From: Narcine bancroftii
Lineage: Eukaryota
Direction of reading: 5' to 3'
DNA length: 64,000 nucleotides
Assembly (NCBI RefSeq): GCF_036971445.1
Contig: NC_091471.1
Location: 277,388,001-277,452,000, forward strand
In this document: positions 51,150-63,321 of the stretch, in pieces
Layout: each line of letters begins with the position of its first letter
Position numbering within the stretch: position 1 is the stretch's first letter
Translations under genes and position numbers: made by a program
Notes under the pieces: generated by a model
What the model was told of the DNA's origin: nothing
Database searches by the model: none
The model's input: the letters and a program-made list of their open reading frames with translations, nothing else

Positions 51150-52812
51150 TTGTTCTCTTTAAACTTTTCTCCTTTCACCCTTAACCCATGTCCTCTAGTT
51201 TTTATTTCACCTACACTCATTAGAAAAAAATTGCATTTATCTATTGCCATTGTAATTTTGTATACCTCTATCAAATCTCCCCTCATTCTTCTATACTCCA
51301 GGGAATAAAGTCCTAATCTGTTTAACCTTTCCCTGTAACTCAGTTCCTGAAGACTGGACAACATCCTAATAAATCTTCTCTGCACTCTTTCTATTTTATT
51401 GATATATTTTCTGTAGTTATGTGACCAAAACTGCACACAATAATTCCAATTGAACTCACCAACGTCTTATACAACTTTAACATATCATCCCAACTCCTAT
51501 ATTCAACACTTGGATTTATGAAGGCCAATATGCCAAAAGCTCCCTTTACAACCCTATCTACCTGTGACACCACTTTCAGGGAATTATGTACAGGTACTCC
51601 CTGATTTACAACTGTAATTGGGACTGGAGGATCGGTCCTATCTCAAAATAGATTTAAGTCGGAATTTTGCCTGTGCATGGAGTTCTGAGGTCTTAAAGCA
51701 AACTTTTTAATCAAATGTTGTATTTGACAAACTATATTAGGGATACAGGGCATGTAAGAGCCAAAATGTGTGTACTTACTTTGTTAGTCGGCGGCCTGGG
51801 GTCCATAGGCTGGGTGTAGCCATCTTGATTCCTGTGTGCATGCATGAGTCTTCAATTGCCGCATGGGCAGTGGGTTTGCACATTGGAGTTCGGTTGGTGC
51901 AAACACGAGAGTTAAGCGTCCTGATGATATTGAATTTGCACCCTTAACTCTCGCACATGTGCCAAATGATCTACAATACACGAACCCACCATGAATGCGC
52001 CAACCGAAGACTCGCACATGCGCACAGGAATAAGGATGGCCAAGTCTTCGGTTGCCGCATGCATGAGTCTTCAGTTGGCGCATGTGTGGTGGGTCAACAT
52101 ATCAGTTGGCACATGGATAAGATGGGTGTGAAATCAATATCGTCAGGGCACTTAACACTCGTGCATGTACCATGGATCAAAATGGCCACACCCAATCTTT
52201 GGACCCCAGGATGCTGACTAACAAAGTAAGTGAGTACATTTTGACTCTTACATGCACTGTATTCCTGTTATAGTTTGTTAAGTACATCATAAATACAACA
52301 TATTTTTAAAAATTTGGTTGTGTGGATGGACGTATGTCGCATAGGTCGTAAGTCGGGAAGTATCTGTATTCCCAGGTCCCTCTGTTCTGCTGCATTCCTC
52401 AGTGCTCTGCCATTTAAAGGGTATATCATACCTACCAAAATGCAACTCCTATTGCTTGTCTGCATTAAATTCCATCTGAAATTTTCAACCCAGCTGGTCC
52501 AGATCCCTCTGCAAGCTTTGAAAGCCTTCCTCGCTGTACACTACACCTCCAATCTTTGTATAATTTGCAAACTTGCCAATCCAATTTACCACATTATCAT
52601 CCAGATCATTGATATAATATGACAAACAACATTGGTCCCAGCACCGATCCATGATGCACATCACTAGTCTCCAGTCTGAATCGTTCACCACTACTCTCTG
52701 GCATCTCCCATAAAGCCATGTTTAATCCATTTTACTACCTCACCACGAACATCGAGTGACTGACCTTCCTGACTAACCTCCCATGCGGCACCTTATCAAA
52801 GACCTTACAAAA
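51150..52812 (-). mobile_element. CR1 LINE fragment split by a MITE
   Basis: [24 protein letters not shown]; KIERVQRRF..LYSLEYRRMRGDLIEVYKI. Confidence 0.88.
51591..52366. mobile_element. Tc1/mariner-pogo (Tigger-like) MITE with internal foldback
   Basis: TA TSD; TIR caggtactccctgatttacaac / gtcgtaagtcgggaagtatctg; internal inverted arms ~51725-51945 vs ~52120-52275. Confidence 0.85.
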
Positions 52813-52897
52813 GTCATTGTCCTGAGGTTCCTGAGGCAGGGCTCTATTCATTTGCTTGCAAAGCAATACATTGAGCGTCAGACAGCAACAATAATGC

Positions 52898-53085
52898 TGG
52901 TGAGTAATGGAGGGTCACTCAGGCTGGCGAGTAATGGAGGGTCACTCAGGCTGGCAAGTAATGGAGGGCCACTCAGGCCGGCGAGTAATGGAGGTCCGCA
53001 GGCTGGCGAGTAAAGGAAGGTCACTCAGACCGGTAAGTAATGGAGGGTCACTCAGATCAGCGAGTAATGTGGGTCACTCAGGCTG
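52898..53085. repeat. ~27-bp tandem repeat (ggcgagtaatggagggtcactcaggct), about 7 copies
   Basis: Direct inspection. Confidence 0.9.
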
Positions 53086-53195
53086 GGGAAAAGAGAAAAT
53101 TCTCATTTTGAGGAAGCCATTAGAAGTCCCCATCAATATCGTTGTGCTGCCACAATTGTCATTATCAAGACATCCAAGTGCTAAGGCTGAGCAAT

Positions 53196-53344
53196 GATTC
53201 AGACTGGAGACTAGTGATGTGCATCAGGGATCGGTGCTGGGACAAATGTTGTTTGTCATATTATATCAATGATCTGGATGATAATGTGGTAAATTGGATT
53301 GGCAAGTTTGCAAATTATACAAAGATTGGAGGTGTAGTGTACAG
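53196..53344 (+). repeat. Inverted duplicate of 52534-52682 (CR1 piece)
   Basis: 149-bp arm, about 2 mismatches to the reverse complement. Confidence 0.92.
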
Positions 53345-54501
53345 GAGGCTTGTTAATGAAGGGTCACTTCTACCGTCTATCCACTCAAATTGAAATTGTG
53401 ATCTACCACTTCATCTGGATTGATCTCAGGGTTAGAAAGTTGAATAGGACCACGACCATGGTAAATAATCCTGGTGGAAGGGGGTGAACCTGTTGTTGAG
53501 GCCTCAGTGGATCTCTGATCTCTGTTACTATGTTTCACAAATCCCTGCAGAGAAACTGCACATCAGCGTAATGCAAATAGAACCAGTCTCTTTAGATCCC
53601 CAGCAATGCATTTGGATCTTAATCCTTCCCTATCTGTACCTGCGGGATTCTGTTATAAAGGGTGAGATAACAGGTTCGTTCCTTGAAGAAGGTTATCAAG
53701 ATTAAACAAATTCAGCGTAGATTTAAGAAAGGGAACTAATGTTTAACAAATTTCCCAAAATTGGTAAGTTTGTACTGGAGAATAGTTTAGGGTAAACCAC
53801 TGAACTTTATTGTCACATATATTGAAATACAATGAAAAGTGTTGTTTCGCATGCTATCCAAACAAACCAACCTACCGATGAGAAGAACAGGTACTACAAA
53901 ATCAAACAAAAGTGTGGAGGTGAGTGTTACAGGGAAAATTTTCAGTTAAAATCAATGCAAAGGCAGCATAGTTTTACTTATGAGAAGTCAGTTCCATAGT
54001 CTGACAGCAGCATGGGGACCAAATGTCCTTGAATCTGTTTCCAAAGTCATGCATTTATGCCCAATGAGAAGGAGCAGGGATAAGAGAGTGTGATCAGGAT
54101 AGGATAGGACCTTTAACATTGGCTGCATTCCCAAGGCAGCGGGAGGGAGAGACAGAGTCCACACAGGGATGGTTAGTTTGAGTTATGGCCTGAGCTGCCT
54201 TCACAACCCTCTGCCGCTGGAATTTCTGAAGGCCTTTAGTGAAGTTGGACAGAAGAGATTAGTGTGCAAAATTAAAGCTCATGGGAGTGAAAACCCGTGA
54301 ACTGAAACAGAGTAGAAGCAAGGTGGTGCGCAGAGAGTGGGAGGTGTTCCCTAACTAATAATACAAATGATTTGGCGGGAACCAAAAGTAATATTTCTCA
54401 GTTTGCCAACTCAGAAACCTAGGTGAATTGGCAAGGAGGAGGATGCAAAAAACACATCAAGGTCATTTAGCTAAAGGCAGGTACAATAAACATGGATGCG
54501 A

Positions 54502-55129
54502 TGGTGAGAACAAATTCAAAGGGTTCAAGAAGTAACAAGTCCTGGACATGGTTTATTAACAAATATCTATTTATATACAGGGAAATTCACAACAGGGAAC
54601 ACACGCACACAAACAAAGCAACTACACACAAATCATACACATTGGGCACTGGTTAATCACCAATAATCGCATCTCCCAACAAGTCGCTGATAATCACATA
54701 TCCCGAGTGTAACATGAGGGATAAACAAATGATACCCGCCATCCCCTCTCTCACTAGCAGGCACAGCACAATGATTATCAAAATCTCTATTAGGTATGTG
54801 CCACAACAGCCCTTTACGGGCACACACCTTGCAATTGTGTCGCCCACAGCTCACAACTGGAGGTGGAGCATAGATTTTGTCCCAAGGGGAAAAGAGAGTG
54901 ATTCAGCCACTTGCTGGATTTTTATCCTGCAGCCAGCTAAGGGGCTGTGTGACCTTGGGTGAGGATGAGGACCAATTGGAAGGTGTCTTTTCCTTTATTG
55001 ACAAAGGGAAATTACTTTTAACCCTAACCTGCCTGGGAGGTGGTCAGGTAACCCTCCAGGAGAAATCTGGAAATTCCTTTGTTCTGAACAATTTCCTGAC
55101 CGACTAGTTGGATAATTCTCTGGATAACA
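54502..55129 (-). mobile_element. ERV 3' LTR
   Basis: Minus strand: PPT GGAGGGGTGGAA then TGTTATCC at 55129; AATAAA at ~54552-54557; CA end ~54502; diverged partial copy at ~60295-60525. Confidence 0.7.
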
Positions 55130-55399
55130 TTCCACCCCTCCAAAGTTGTGTTTGGAAAAGTATCAGGTTCGGTGGGTTCACAAGCAAGTCTGGACACGTG
55201 TTACAATCAAAGGTAGCTTTATTGAACACATGGGAGACAAACAGGAAGATGTCAAAGGATACTTAATTACTAAACAACTATAGACATTCACATCGGAACC
55301 AGGTTGGATTCTGATACCAGTAGCCACCTGTCTTCTACACACTCACACATGTGTACACACTCCACAAACAGGGACTTTCAAACACACTCCCAGTTCCCT

Positions 55400-56641
55400 G
55401 TACCAATGAGGGTGGGGTTCTCTGCAAGGATTGATCTAAACGATGTCCATCATAGTGATCTGGTGTGGAGCGATGTCAAGGGCTTGGAAGAAATGTACTT
55501 ATGCATTGATGTTTTATACAGTTCTGAGCTGGGTGTCAGGAGCTGGCGTTCGAAGGGGTTGTCGTGGTGGGGGGTGGGCAGGTTCGGGTAGGGATTTCGT
55601 CCAGAACCTGAGTGGAACTCTGCAACCATTCATTTTCTGTCAGAGGCTCCACTCGGCTGTTGTGGCGGTGGCTGAGACCTGGTGTTCAAAGGGGATTCTG
55701 GTCTTTCGGGAGGCTCGCGGCAGTGCCAGCTCCATGCCTTGTTTTGCCTTCTCGAACACTAGCTACTGCTCAGGACTCCAGAGAAATGTGGTCTTCCTGG
55801 ACGGCATACAGTGGGTGCAGCAGCATGGTCATGTTGGGGATGTGTTGCTGCCAGTAGTCTAAGGCCGATGAAACTCTGGATTTCAGCCTTGGTGGACTCT
55901 GCTGTGTTTAAAATTTTATTTTGTGCAGCCTCTGGGATGCCCCTCTGGTCTGAGTGCCACTGGATTCACAGGAAGAGAACTGTCTGGCTGGGATCCTGTA
56001 TTTACTCCCGATCGATTGCCCAGCCACGAGCGCGGAGCACAGAGATGTGGGAGTCCAGTGCTTGCACCACTGTCTCCTTCTGTGGGGCCCTAGATCAGAA
56101 TGTCATCAACATAATTACATCTATGTTGGGTGGGGGAGGGAAATATTTTTTAGGTCACTGGCTATTACCCCATGGCAGAGGGTGGGACTACAGAGATATC
56201 CCTGGGTAGACGACAACAAGTGTATGGCGTGCCACCCCATGTGAAGATAAACTGATCCTAGGAGTTGGGGCTTAAGGGGATAGAGAAGAAGGCACTGGTG
56301 AGGTCCACCATGGCATACCAGGGTTTGTTGTCCCTGTCCACCACATCCTCAACCAGCGTGACTATGTCGGGAACAGCTATGGTGTGGAGGGGTAGCGAAT
56401 TTATTTAATTTGCCACATGCCATTTTTCTTGCAGATGGGCCAGACTGGGCTATTGTAGGGGGACATGGCGGGTCTGATCACCCCCTCATTGAGAAGGGTG
56501 ATCGCTTCCACAATCTCCTCATTGGTGGGTGCTGACTTCCTGGTGGGGAGGGGGGGAGGATGACAAGGAGAGTCCACTTGGCCGCCCCAATGACAACGAT
56601 TGCCTGGGTGACCCCAAATATAAATTTTCCCTTGCTCGTAC
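55400..56641 (-). pseudogene. Class III (ERV-L/ERV-S-like) reverse transcriptase and tether, degenerate
   Basis: SPYNSPVWP; AVPDIVTLVE..WYAMVDLTSAFFSIPL; LPRGYLCSPTLCHG; YVDD at 56113-56102; RARGWAID; PLRFWTKSL; PFERQLL. Confidence 0.85.
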
Positions 56642-57417
56642 TGTTATGGACCTTGACTATTTTGTTCTTTAATTGAGGAGCGGCCTGAATTTACAGCTGG
56701 GGAGTTGACAGCTGTAATAGCGCTAAGCTATCACTAGGGGACTTTGACAGCTGTCAAAGGAGAGTGAGCCTGCAGCTGAACCTCTCCACCAATGAGGAGA
56801 GCTGAAGGCAGCGCTGGGCAGTTTAAAAACCCCAGCGTGCTTGTTTTGAGAGAGGTTAGTCGGTGGAGTGTGCAGGATTGACCAGTGCCCCTCCTGTTCC
56901 TTTCCAAGGAAGAGGACTTGTGTGCCAGAAGAGCACTTGTGTGCCAGAAGAGTACTTGTGAACCCTAAGGAGCGCTTTAGAGGGTCACCAGACCACTTAA
57001 AACAAGGTGTCAAAAGAAGAGGACTCGTGTGCCTAAAGTAGGCTTCGGAGGCGTGAAGTGATCAGGAGGTAATTGTGGAAATTCCTGGATAAAGGAAGCG
57101 AAGGCCGGTGTTAGCCCCATTTGAACCCCAAGGCAGTCGTGTGTTCCCCTGTCAGGTTTGACATCACATACATGGGGGCTTTTGTTTTTTGGGAATTTTG
57201 GTGATTTTTGGGGCATTTCAGCCTGGACTGTAATGGTCTGGGGGTGGGGGAGGGGGGATTTCCCACATATGTCTGTTGATGATATAGAGTTGCCATTAAA
57301 GCTGGTGTTCAGGAGTTAAGTTTATTGAGTTAATTCTATTGTTAGTTTGGTATATAAATGTGTTAAACTTAACTTATTCATTTGTGTGCCTCCTAATTGC
57401 TGCTGGGGAGTGTAACA
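56642..57417 (+). mobile_element. Unrelated solo LTR inserted between pro and RT
   Basis: TGTTAT..GTAACA termini, ATTAAA at ~57295; no clean TSD. Confidence 0.6.
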
Positions 57418-59070
57418 GCCCTTTGAGCACATTCATTGCAAGAATGTACTGGGGGGAGGCTGCTCCCAGGACTGGAATGGGGCGGGGAGGCTCATCACCA
57501 ATGGAGTGGTGGACAGTGACCTCTCTGGGAGAGAGGATAGAGCCCCCTAGCCCCTCTATACTAACCAGGCCCCCTTCACCACTCGGGATTCTCAGGGATA
57601 ATTGGACAGCCATTGGGATAAATGACCTCAGGTCACCCAGGTGGGACAGGACCAGTGAACAGATCTGCCATGATCCTTGCCCTCCATCCTATGGGGCAGG
57701 AACTGAATTGTTCCATGCAGTGGAGGTGAGGGAGGGGGGTGCCTGGTGTGATTGTGTGCTTATGTTGGTGATTTCCTGTCACACCAATGAGATAACCTCT
57801 GCCCTGAGGGCAGCAGGGGCCGCCTTAACTGAGGAAGGAGCAGAAGGCTGTGTTGTTGGTGGGGGGGGGAGTGCGGTGGGCAGCATGGTGCAGTGGGTGA
57901 TGTGGGTTTTGTGCGTCTTTTTCCTGCAGTACTCCTGCCACATGGCGAACATGCCATGTATGTAGGCACAGTCTATGCCAGCATGTGTTAGGGCATAGTA
58001 CATATCCCTGCAGGACAGGGGGGATGTGTTCTCACCATACTTGCCATCACCGTGCTTTGTCTCTACGCTGAGAAGATGTGCAGGTGCCCCCATGGCGGGT
58101 GCTCCCCATTCCAAATAGTTTAGCCCTTCCAGAAGGGCAATGGCTTCCTGGACGGTTTTGCTGGTTGCCGGTCCCATCAATGACAAGACCACCTATCTGA
58201 GGTCGGGGTGGACAAATGTGCCCCACCAAGGTGTGGTTTACCATGACCTCATGGAAGTTGTGCCCAGGAGCTCAACAGTAGAGGCTAGTAATAAGGGACC
58301 ATTCTCTAATGACCCTGTTGCCCTCACTGACTGTGTGCCACTGCGGTTGGTATGTCAGGTTCTACTCTAGAAGTGTGGGGAACCTGGCCCGCACCACAGT
58401 TACCACCTTCATCAATCCCTTCAGGCAGCACCCACAGGAAGTGTTTGACTGTTTGCTACACAGACTGGCCAGAGTGCTGGGAGAGGCAAATATGGCTCCC
58501 CCGTCCCATAGCCAGAGAGGCCATGCAGCTAAATAATCAGCTGACCACTGGCAGTATCTGTCCGCCAGCCCAGCCAACTCGTTGGCGGAGTATTTTGAGT
58601 CTCTACGACCTTGTATCAACTCCTTATCTGTCCATTCGGATGCTCTCCATTCTCGGGCGATCTCCCCATTGTTGAAGGCTGACAGGAGGGTCCCCGTGGC
58701 AGGTCTGGGCCTGCCTAGTTACTGGCTGGGCTTTTAAGGTCTCTGGAATGTGGAGGTGGGGGTGGGGGGGTGGTGGCACATAATCGGACTCAGCCTCCTG
58801 AAAGTCATCATTGTCCAGCCACACATCCCCACCTCCCGATCATGTGTCATCCTCCTCCCCGCACACGATGGTGGTTCTGATTTTTACAGGATCAACCTGC
58901 CAGCTGACAGGCTTCCTGAAGCTACCATGCTTTGACGAGCTGGCAGGCAACTTCAGTGCACCTAACCTCCAAGCTGCTGATACGCCCACTGGCAGGGTCC
59001 AATGCCTCCTGCAGGGACTCAATCTGTTCATCTTTCTGGGTGTCCTGATTAATGGGCCGGAGTCCAACCT
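57418..59070 (-). pseudogene. Class III ERV gag and protease, degenerate
   Basis: YSANELAGLADRYCQ..WLWDGG; RARFPTL..WHTVSEG; LSCRDMYYALTHAGID; GDLRSF..EGLGG..ILAMNVLKG resemble ERV-L Gag/Pro; catalytic DTG segment missing. Confidence 0.72.
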
Positions 59071-59199
59071 TGATTGGCAGGTGTTGCAACTTCTGAATAA
59101 GTTTTAGACAGGGAGGTCATGTGACCCTCCGCAATCCACAGTGTTCCAGACAGTCTGGGAGGTCACGTGTTCCTCCACAATCCACAAATAACAACCACG

Positions 59200-60260
59200 T
59201 TACTCTATCCACAAACTAATACAAACTCAGGACATTTTATAAAATTACATACACAACTATTATGAGACTGATGTTGCCCAGTGTTTTACAATGGCCCACC
59301 AACTTCCCACTGCCCCAAAAGGCCACCAGCTTCCCTATGGAATGACGTGTTCAAGGAAATGGTCCCAGGTTCGTTTGATTTTGTTCACTGATTCTCATAT
59401 GTGGTGGGTCAAGTGAGTGATACTCCCCGATTGATCCAGAATGCATGTACAGCCCCCTTCACCAACAACAGTTACCACCCTCTGCTGCAGTAGGTAGACC
59501 AGGACAATCCGATTCCTCTTTATGCTGAAGTGGCCCAGTCGACTCATTGGTTAGCATTTCCATCATGGTAACCGATTGTCTGGGTGCTCCCCCAGATTAT
59601 CGAGATGCATGGTGGCATAGGTAGGCCTAGCAGCCACATATCTGGTGCGTACTGTTTAGTGCTCAGAGAGCACCCACCTTTGCTGAACCATCAGCTATGG
59701 GCGCTCTCGCCTGGATACTGTTTCTGTTTGCACTCACTGAATCCCACCGATAGGTTGGACCAGTGCAGTCTGTACCATCTGCACAAACATTCCTTAACCC
59801 TGCTCACCAGTTGGGGAGTCATTCTGAGAGTCAGGACATTCTATTGGCCAAATTATGTGCAGGAAAATTCCTGCCCATGAAAAACCCATCCCACTGAGGG
59901 TGACTGGATGCAAGGTTGTTAATCGTGTGGGGCGAAGTTGGTTGGGGACCATATCCTCCCTCAAAACCAGCGGAGCTGGACAGTTACCCCCAACAGTCTT
60001 TTTCTTGAGTGTTGGGAGGTGTTCATTCCACGTGCTGCAAACTCCCCCTTTCTCACCATGTGTCAGGGTTGCCTGGGATCATGGTGTTTTCGACACCAGT
60101 GTCCACAAGTGCCAGCCACGGTTAGACATTACCCTTTCTCCAGTGGGATACAGGGTGTCAGGTCTCACAGCTGGGAAAGAGCCACCGAAAAAATCTGCTG
60201 GGAGACCTGGTCCCAATCCTATGGCAGCAGAGCAGAAGGTCACCATTGATCCACCATGTC
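59200..60260 (-). pseudogene. Gamma-type retroviral env remnant (SU fragment and TM)
   Basis: NRIVLVYLL/AAEGG/VVGEGGCTCILDQSGSITHL (immunosuppressive domain and CX6CC-like region, frameshifted), Trp-rich SWWPFGAVGSWW, hydrophobic SLIIVVYVIL; DCW near 59990. Confidence 0.72.
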
Positions 60261-60294
60261 TTCCTGCAGGGCTTTGATCTCTGAATGTAGGGAT

Positions 60295-60530
60295 AACACA
60301 CAATTATCTTTCTTTCCATGCAAGTGAATTTGCAACAGGGAATGCACTCAGACACACAGACAAAGCAACTACACACACATCATTCACATCAGACACTGGT
60401 TAATCTCCAATAATCAAAAATCCTGACAAATTGCTGATCATCGCAACTTCCGAGTGTAACACGAGCACAAAGGTCCAACAAACAATACCCACCACCCCTC
60501 TCTCACTAGCAGGCAGAGCACACTCATTAA
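60295..60530 (-). mobile_element. Partial 5' LTR-like copy of 54560-54770
   Basis: Shared caaagcaactacacaca, cactggttaatc.ccaataatc, ccgagtgtaaca, cccctctctcactagcaggca.agcaca. Confidence 0.75.
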
Positions 60531-60538
60531 CGTAAAGG

Positions 60539-61160
60539 TGTCATGTATTTGACTACTCATGGAGTTCATTGTTGAATACATTCCCCGCAGCACACAGTGA
60601 ACGAATAAGTACGGCATCGCGATCTGCATAATTACATCATATGCACATACATAACACTCTTCCCCCCCCACAAAAAAAACTTAGTGAAAATAACATCTGG
60701 GCAGCACTTACTAACCTGCGTGGTGCCCCTATACAGATGATAATTACACTATCATGTAAGTATGAAATGATAAACCACCAAGTCACTACATAGTTTTTCA
60801 GTCGTTCTGGAAGACGTTTCTCCCTCTTTGATCATCTCAAAGAGGTAGAATCTGTTGAACTCTTTTCCTTTTTGGATAGTACCTTGGACAGTGGGAAGGA
60901 TTGTGAAGTGTGCTTTTGGTAAACCCTGTCCAGACATTGCCTAGGACTGTGTCGTTGAACTAAATGTAATGTAGGACTGCTCTGTTGAGTTGTAGGACTG
61001 TTTGGGTAAGGACTGCTTGGTTGAGATGGGGCCTCATTTCTCATGATATTTCTGGAATGTTGATAGCGGAATGAGCCCAGGACATGTGCCCCTCGGATCA
61101 TCCACTGCTCTCAATTGGTCAATGTGCCGCTTCCATATTTTAGTTCACACCAGTTTAGAA
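60539..61160 (-). mobile_element. Gypsy 3' end (integrase tail, PPT, short LTR 60539-60656)
   Basis: LR*SKREKRLPERLKNYVV; GGGGGGGAAGAG then TGTTATG..CATGACA. Confidence 0.6.
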
Positions 61161-61161
61161 T

Positions 61162-63320
61162 TGTGGTGAACTGTCATACACTTAATAATCTGGCTCTGCC
61201 CCACTCTGTGACTGTACCCATGGCTCCTCCCTCTTACCCTGTATAAAGGCTCCAACACCATAACCCCTCCCCAGAAAGACTGGGTCACAGCACATGATGA
61301 CCAAGTTTATTGTAAATAAAAGCCTATTGTTCTGTAACTCCAGTGTTATGAGCCCAGAGGACCCCAAAACCCAGCAGCAATGGAAATTGACCAAAACAAA
61401 TGGTTACTTAAACAAAAGTTGCTTTTAATTATCTTTAAACAAGGATCAAACTTTAACTTATTATTATTAACTTAATATAACTTTACCCCATTCTAATTCT
61501 AGGCGGATGTGTATGTAATGTGTACATGTTCAGGAAAATTCTTTGATTCACAGTCCAATCTCACTTCTCACTCCTCCAAGTTCCCCAGTATCAGGCAATT
61601 CTTATACTGTGCACAGAATTTTCACCAGGCTCTGGTGCTTAAAGGTATATGGTTATTGCTCGGGAAGGTTCTTGTTGGTTTCAGAGAGAGATCTGTTGCT
61701 TGTTGGACACCCACAGACTGATTTCCTCCAATCAGTCACTTCATTGTCTTGCTGAAGAAACTTGCCCCATCATGGGTTTCCAAATGATAACCTCTTCTTC
61801 CAGGTCAGGATGGACTACAAGGGTTTTCAACTGGCTGAACTCAGACTCGCAAACCGTCTTCAAAATGGGGTTTTAGCAAGCCTCTCTCTGTTTGCAAAAC
61901 CACATGACCCCTCTTAGAAAAGCAAATTGCAACCAGACAGATTGCCAGCACTGGAATCAGTTTTTGTCTGGGGATCTGTTGCTTTAAAGACAGTAGTCCA
62001 TTTACTCCATAGCATCAGTCCAATTAATATCCACTTGTGAAGTCTCCATAGGCATTCTTCAAAGTTTTTGTAAAGTCACTGTGGACATGAAGTCTCTACT
62101 TATGCATAGCTCTTACATTTTATATGAGATCTCTTTTGTAAATGTTGCTATCTGTTTATGAAATGACGTACATACCAAACCCCTCACAATCTATTTCTTT
62201 TAAATACATATTAATATATAATATAAAATATAACCCCATAACTCCAGTCTTTCAAGTTATTGAAAGTGCATCAATTTTATTTACAATATTTTTTTCCAAC
62301 AATGGAACAACCTTGAAGTCTGATGAGCTGGAGATTGACCCACAATCGCCAGAAGCCACAGACTGTTTTGAACTCTGGCTACACTGCTTTGAGGTCTTTC
62401 TATAGAACTCCTCTGGAATCATGGGCACAGAGGCAAACAAACTGCATCTCCTCTTCTCCCGGGTCAGTCATCGAGTGTCCCTGATGATCAGGGACGCTTC
62501 AATATGCACGGAGGAAATGAAGATACTTAAGGACCAGAACAGGGAGAAAGTCAATGAGGTATATGCCAGGCACATGCAGGCCACCTGCAGTCACCGGGTG
62601 AATCAAATGACGAGTTCCTCTGAGCCTTGCAGGGACTCACACGAGTGAGCAACTTCCAGCCAGTATCGACCATCCAAAACAAGGAGGACATGATTTGGAA
62701 CGCCTATGTCACAGGCATCAGGTCAGACTACGTGCACCAGAGGCTACTCAAGCAGAGTAAGTTGGACTTAAAAGGAGTGATTGACCTTGTGAAATCGCTG
62801 GAGATCTCCCTCTGTAACAAGGAAGTTTACTCAGTGAATGGCGTAAGGTCCATACGGTCCGCCATCTCAGGATGCGGATTTACAGCCCAGCAGTCTGCTT
62901 CCGTGTTCGATGAGCGAGACCACCACAGCTGGGGCTTCCCAGGAGCACCCAAAGTGCTACTTTTGTGGCCAACCATAGCACCCTCGAAAACGCTGCCCGG
63001 TGAAAGATGCTACATGTTTGATGTGCAGAGAGAAGGGATACGACACGAAGATATGTTGATCGCAGCCATATCCAGTCCAAGCACCACTGCTTGCGCAGCA
63101 TGGGAGCTGCCATCTTGGCTGCTGTCACCTTCCGGGGATAACCACGCCGCGACATGAGGTCCACCATCTTGGATGCTTCCAACTTCCAAGGATAACCACA
63201 CCACTTCATGGGCATCGCTGTTATGCTCCCAGACTACGAGTCAGCATGAGCCAGATTGCGAACTGACACAAGCCTTTGTGGTGGTGGACCAAAACAGTCC
63301 ACATCAACTCTCCCAGTTTT
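61162..63320 (+). mobile_element. Gypsy 5' LTR (61162-62273, split by a nested LTR) and degenerate gag
   Basis: TGTGGTG..CATCA, TATA, AATAAA; LEIDPQSPEATDCFELWLHCFE; AYVTGIRSDYVHQRLL; related to the 2066-8694 element. Confidence 0.8.
61344..62243 (-). mobile_element. Full solo LTR nested within the Gypsy LTR
   Basis: TGTTATG..CATAAC(T) inverted termini; TSD ccag; partial copies elsewhere in the window. Confidence 0.8.
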
Positions 63321-63321
63321 T

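Noticed and set aside
57339-57965. 208-aa plus-strand ORF
   Set aside because: Antisense to the ERV gag-pro region; no recognisable motif
59200-60260. Domesticated syncytin-like env gene
   Set aside because: Multiple stops, frameshifts and deletions; not an intact ORF
61335-62247. 9-bp TSD (taactccag) suggesting a DNA transposon
   Set aside because: Better explained as a TGTTATG..CATAAC(A>T) solo LTR with a 4-bp TSD; the extra match overlaps the LTR terminus
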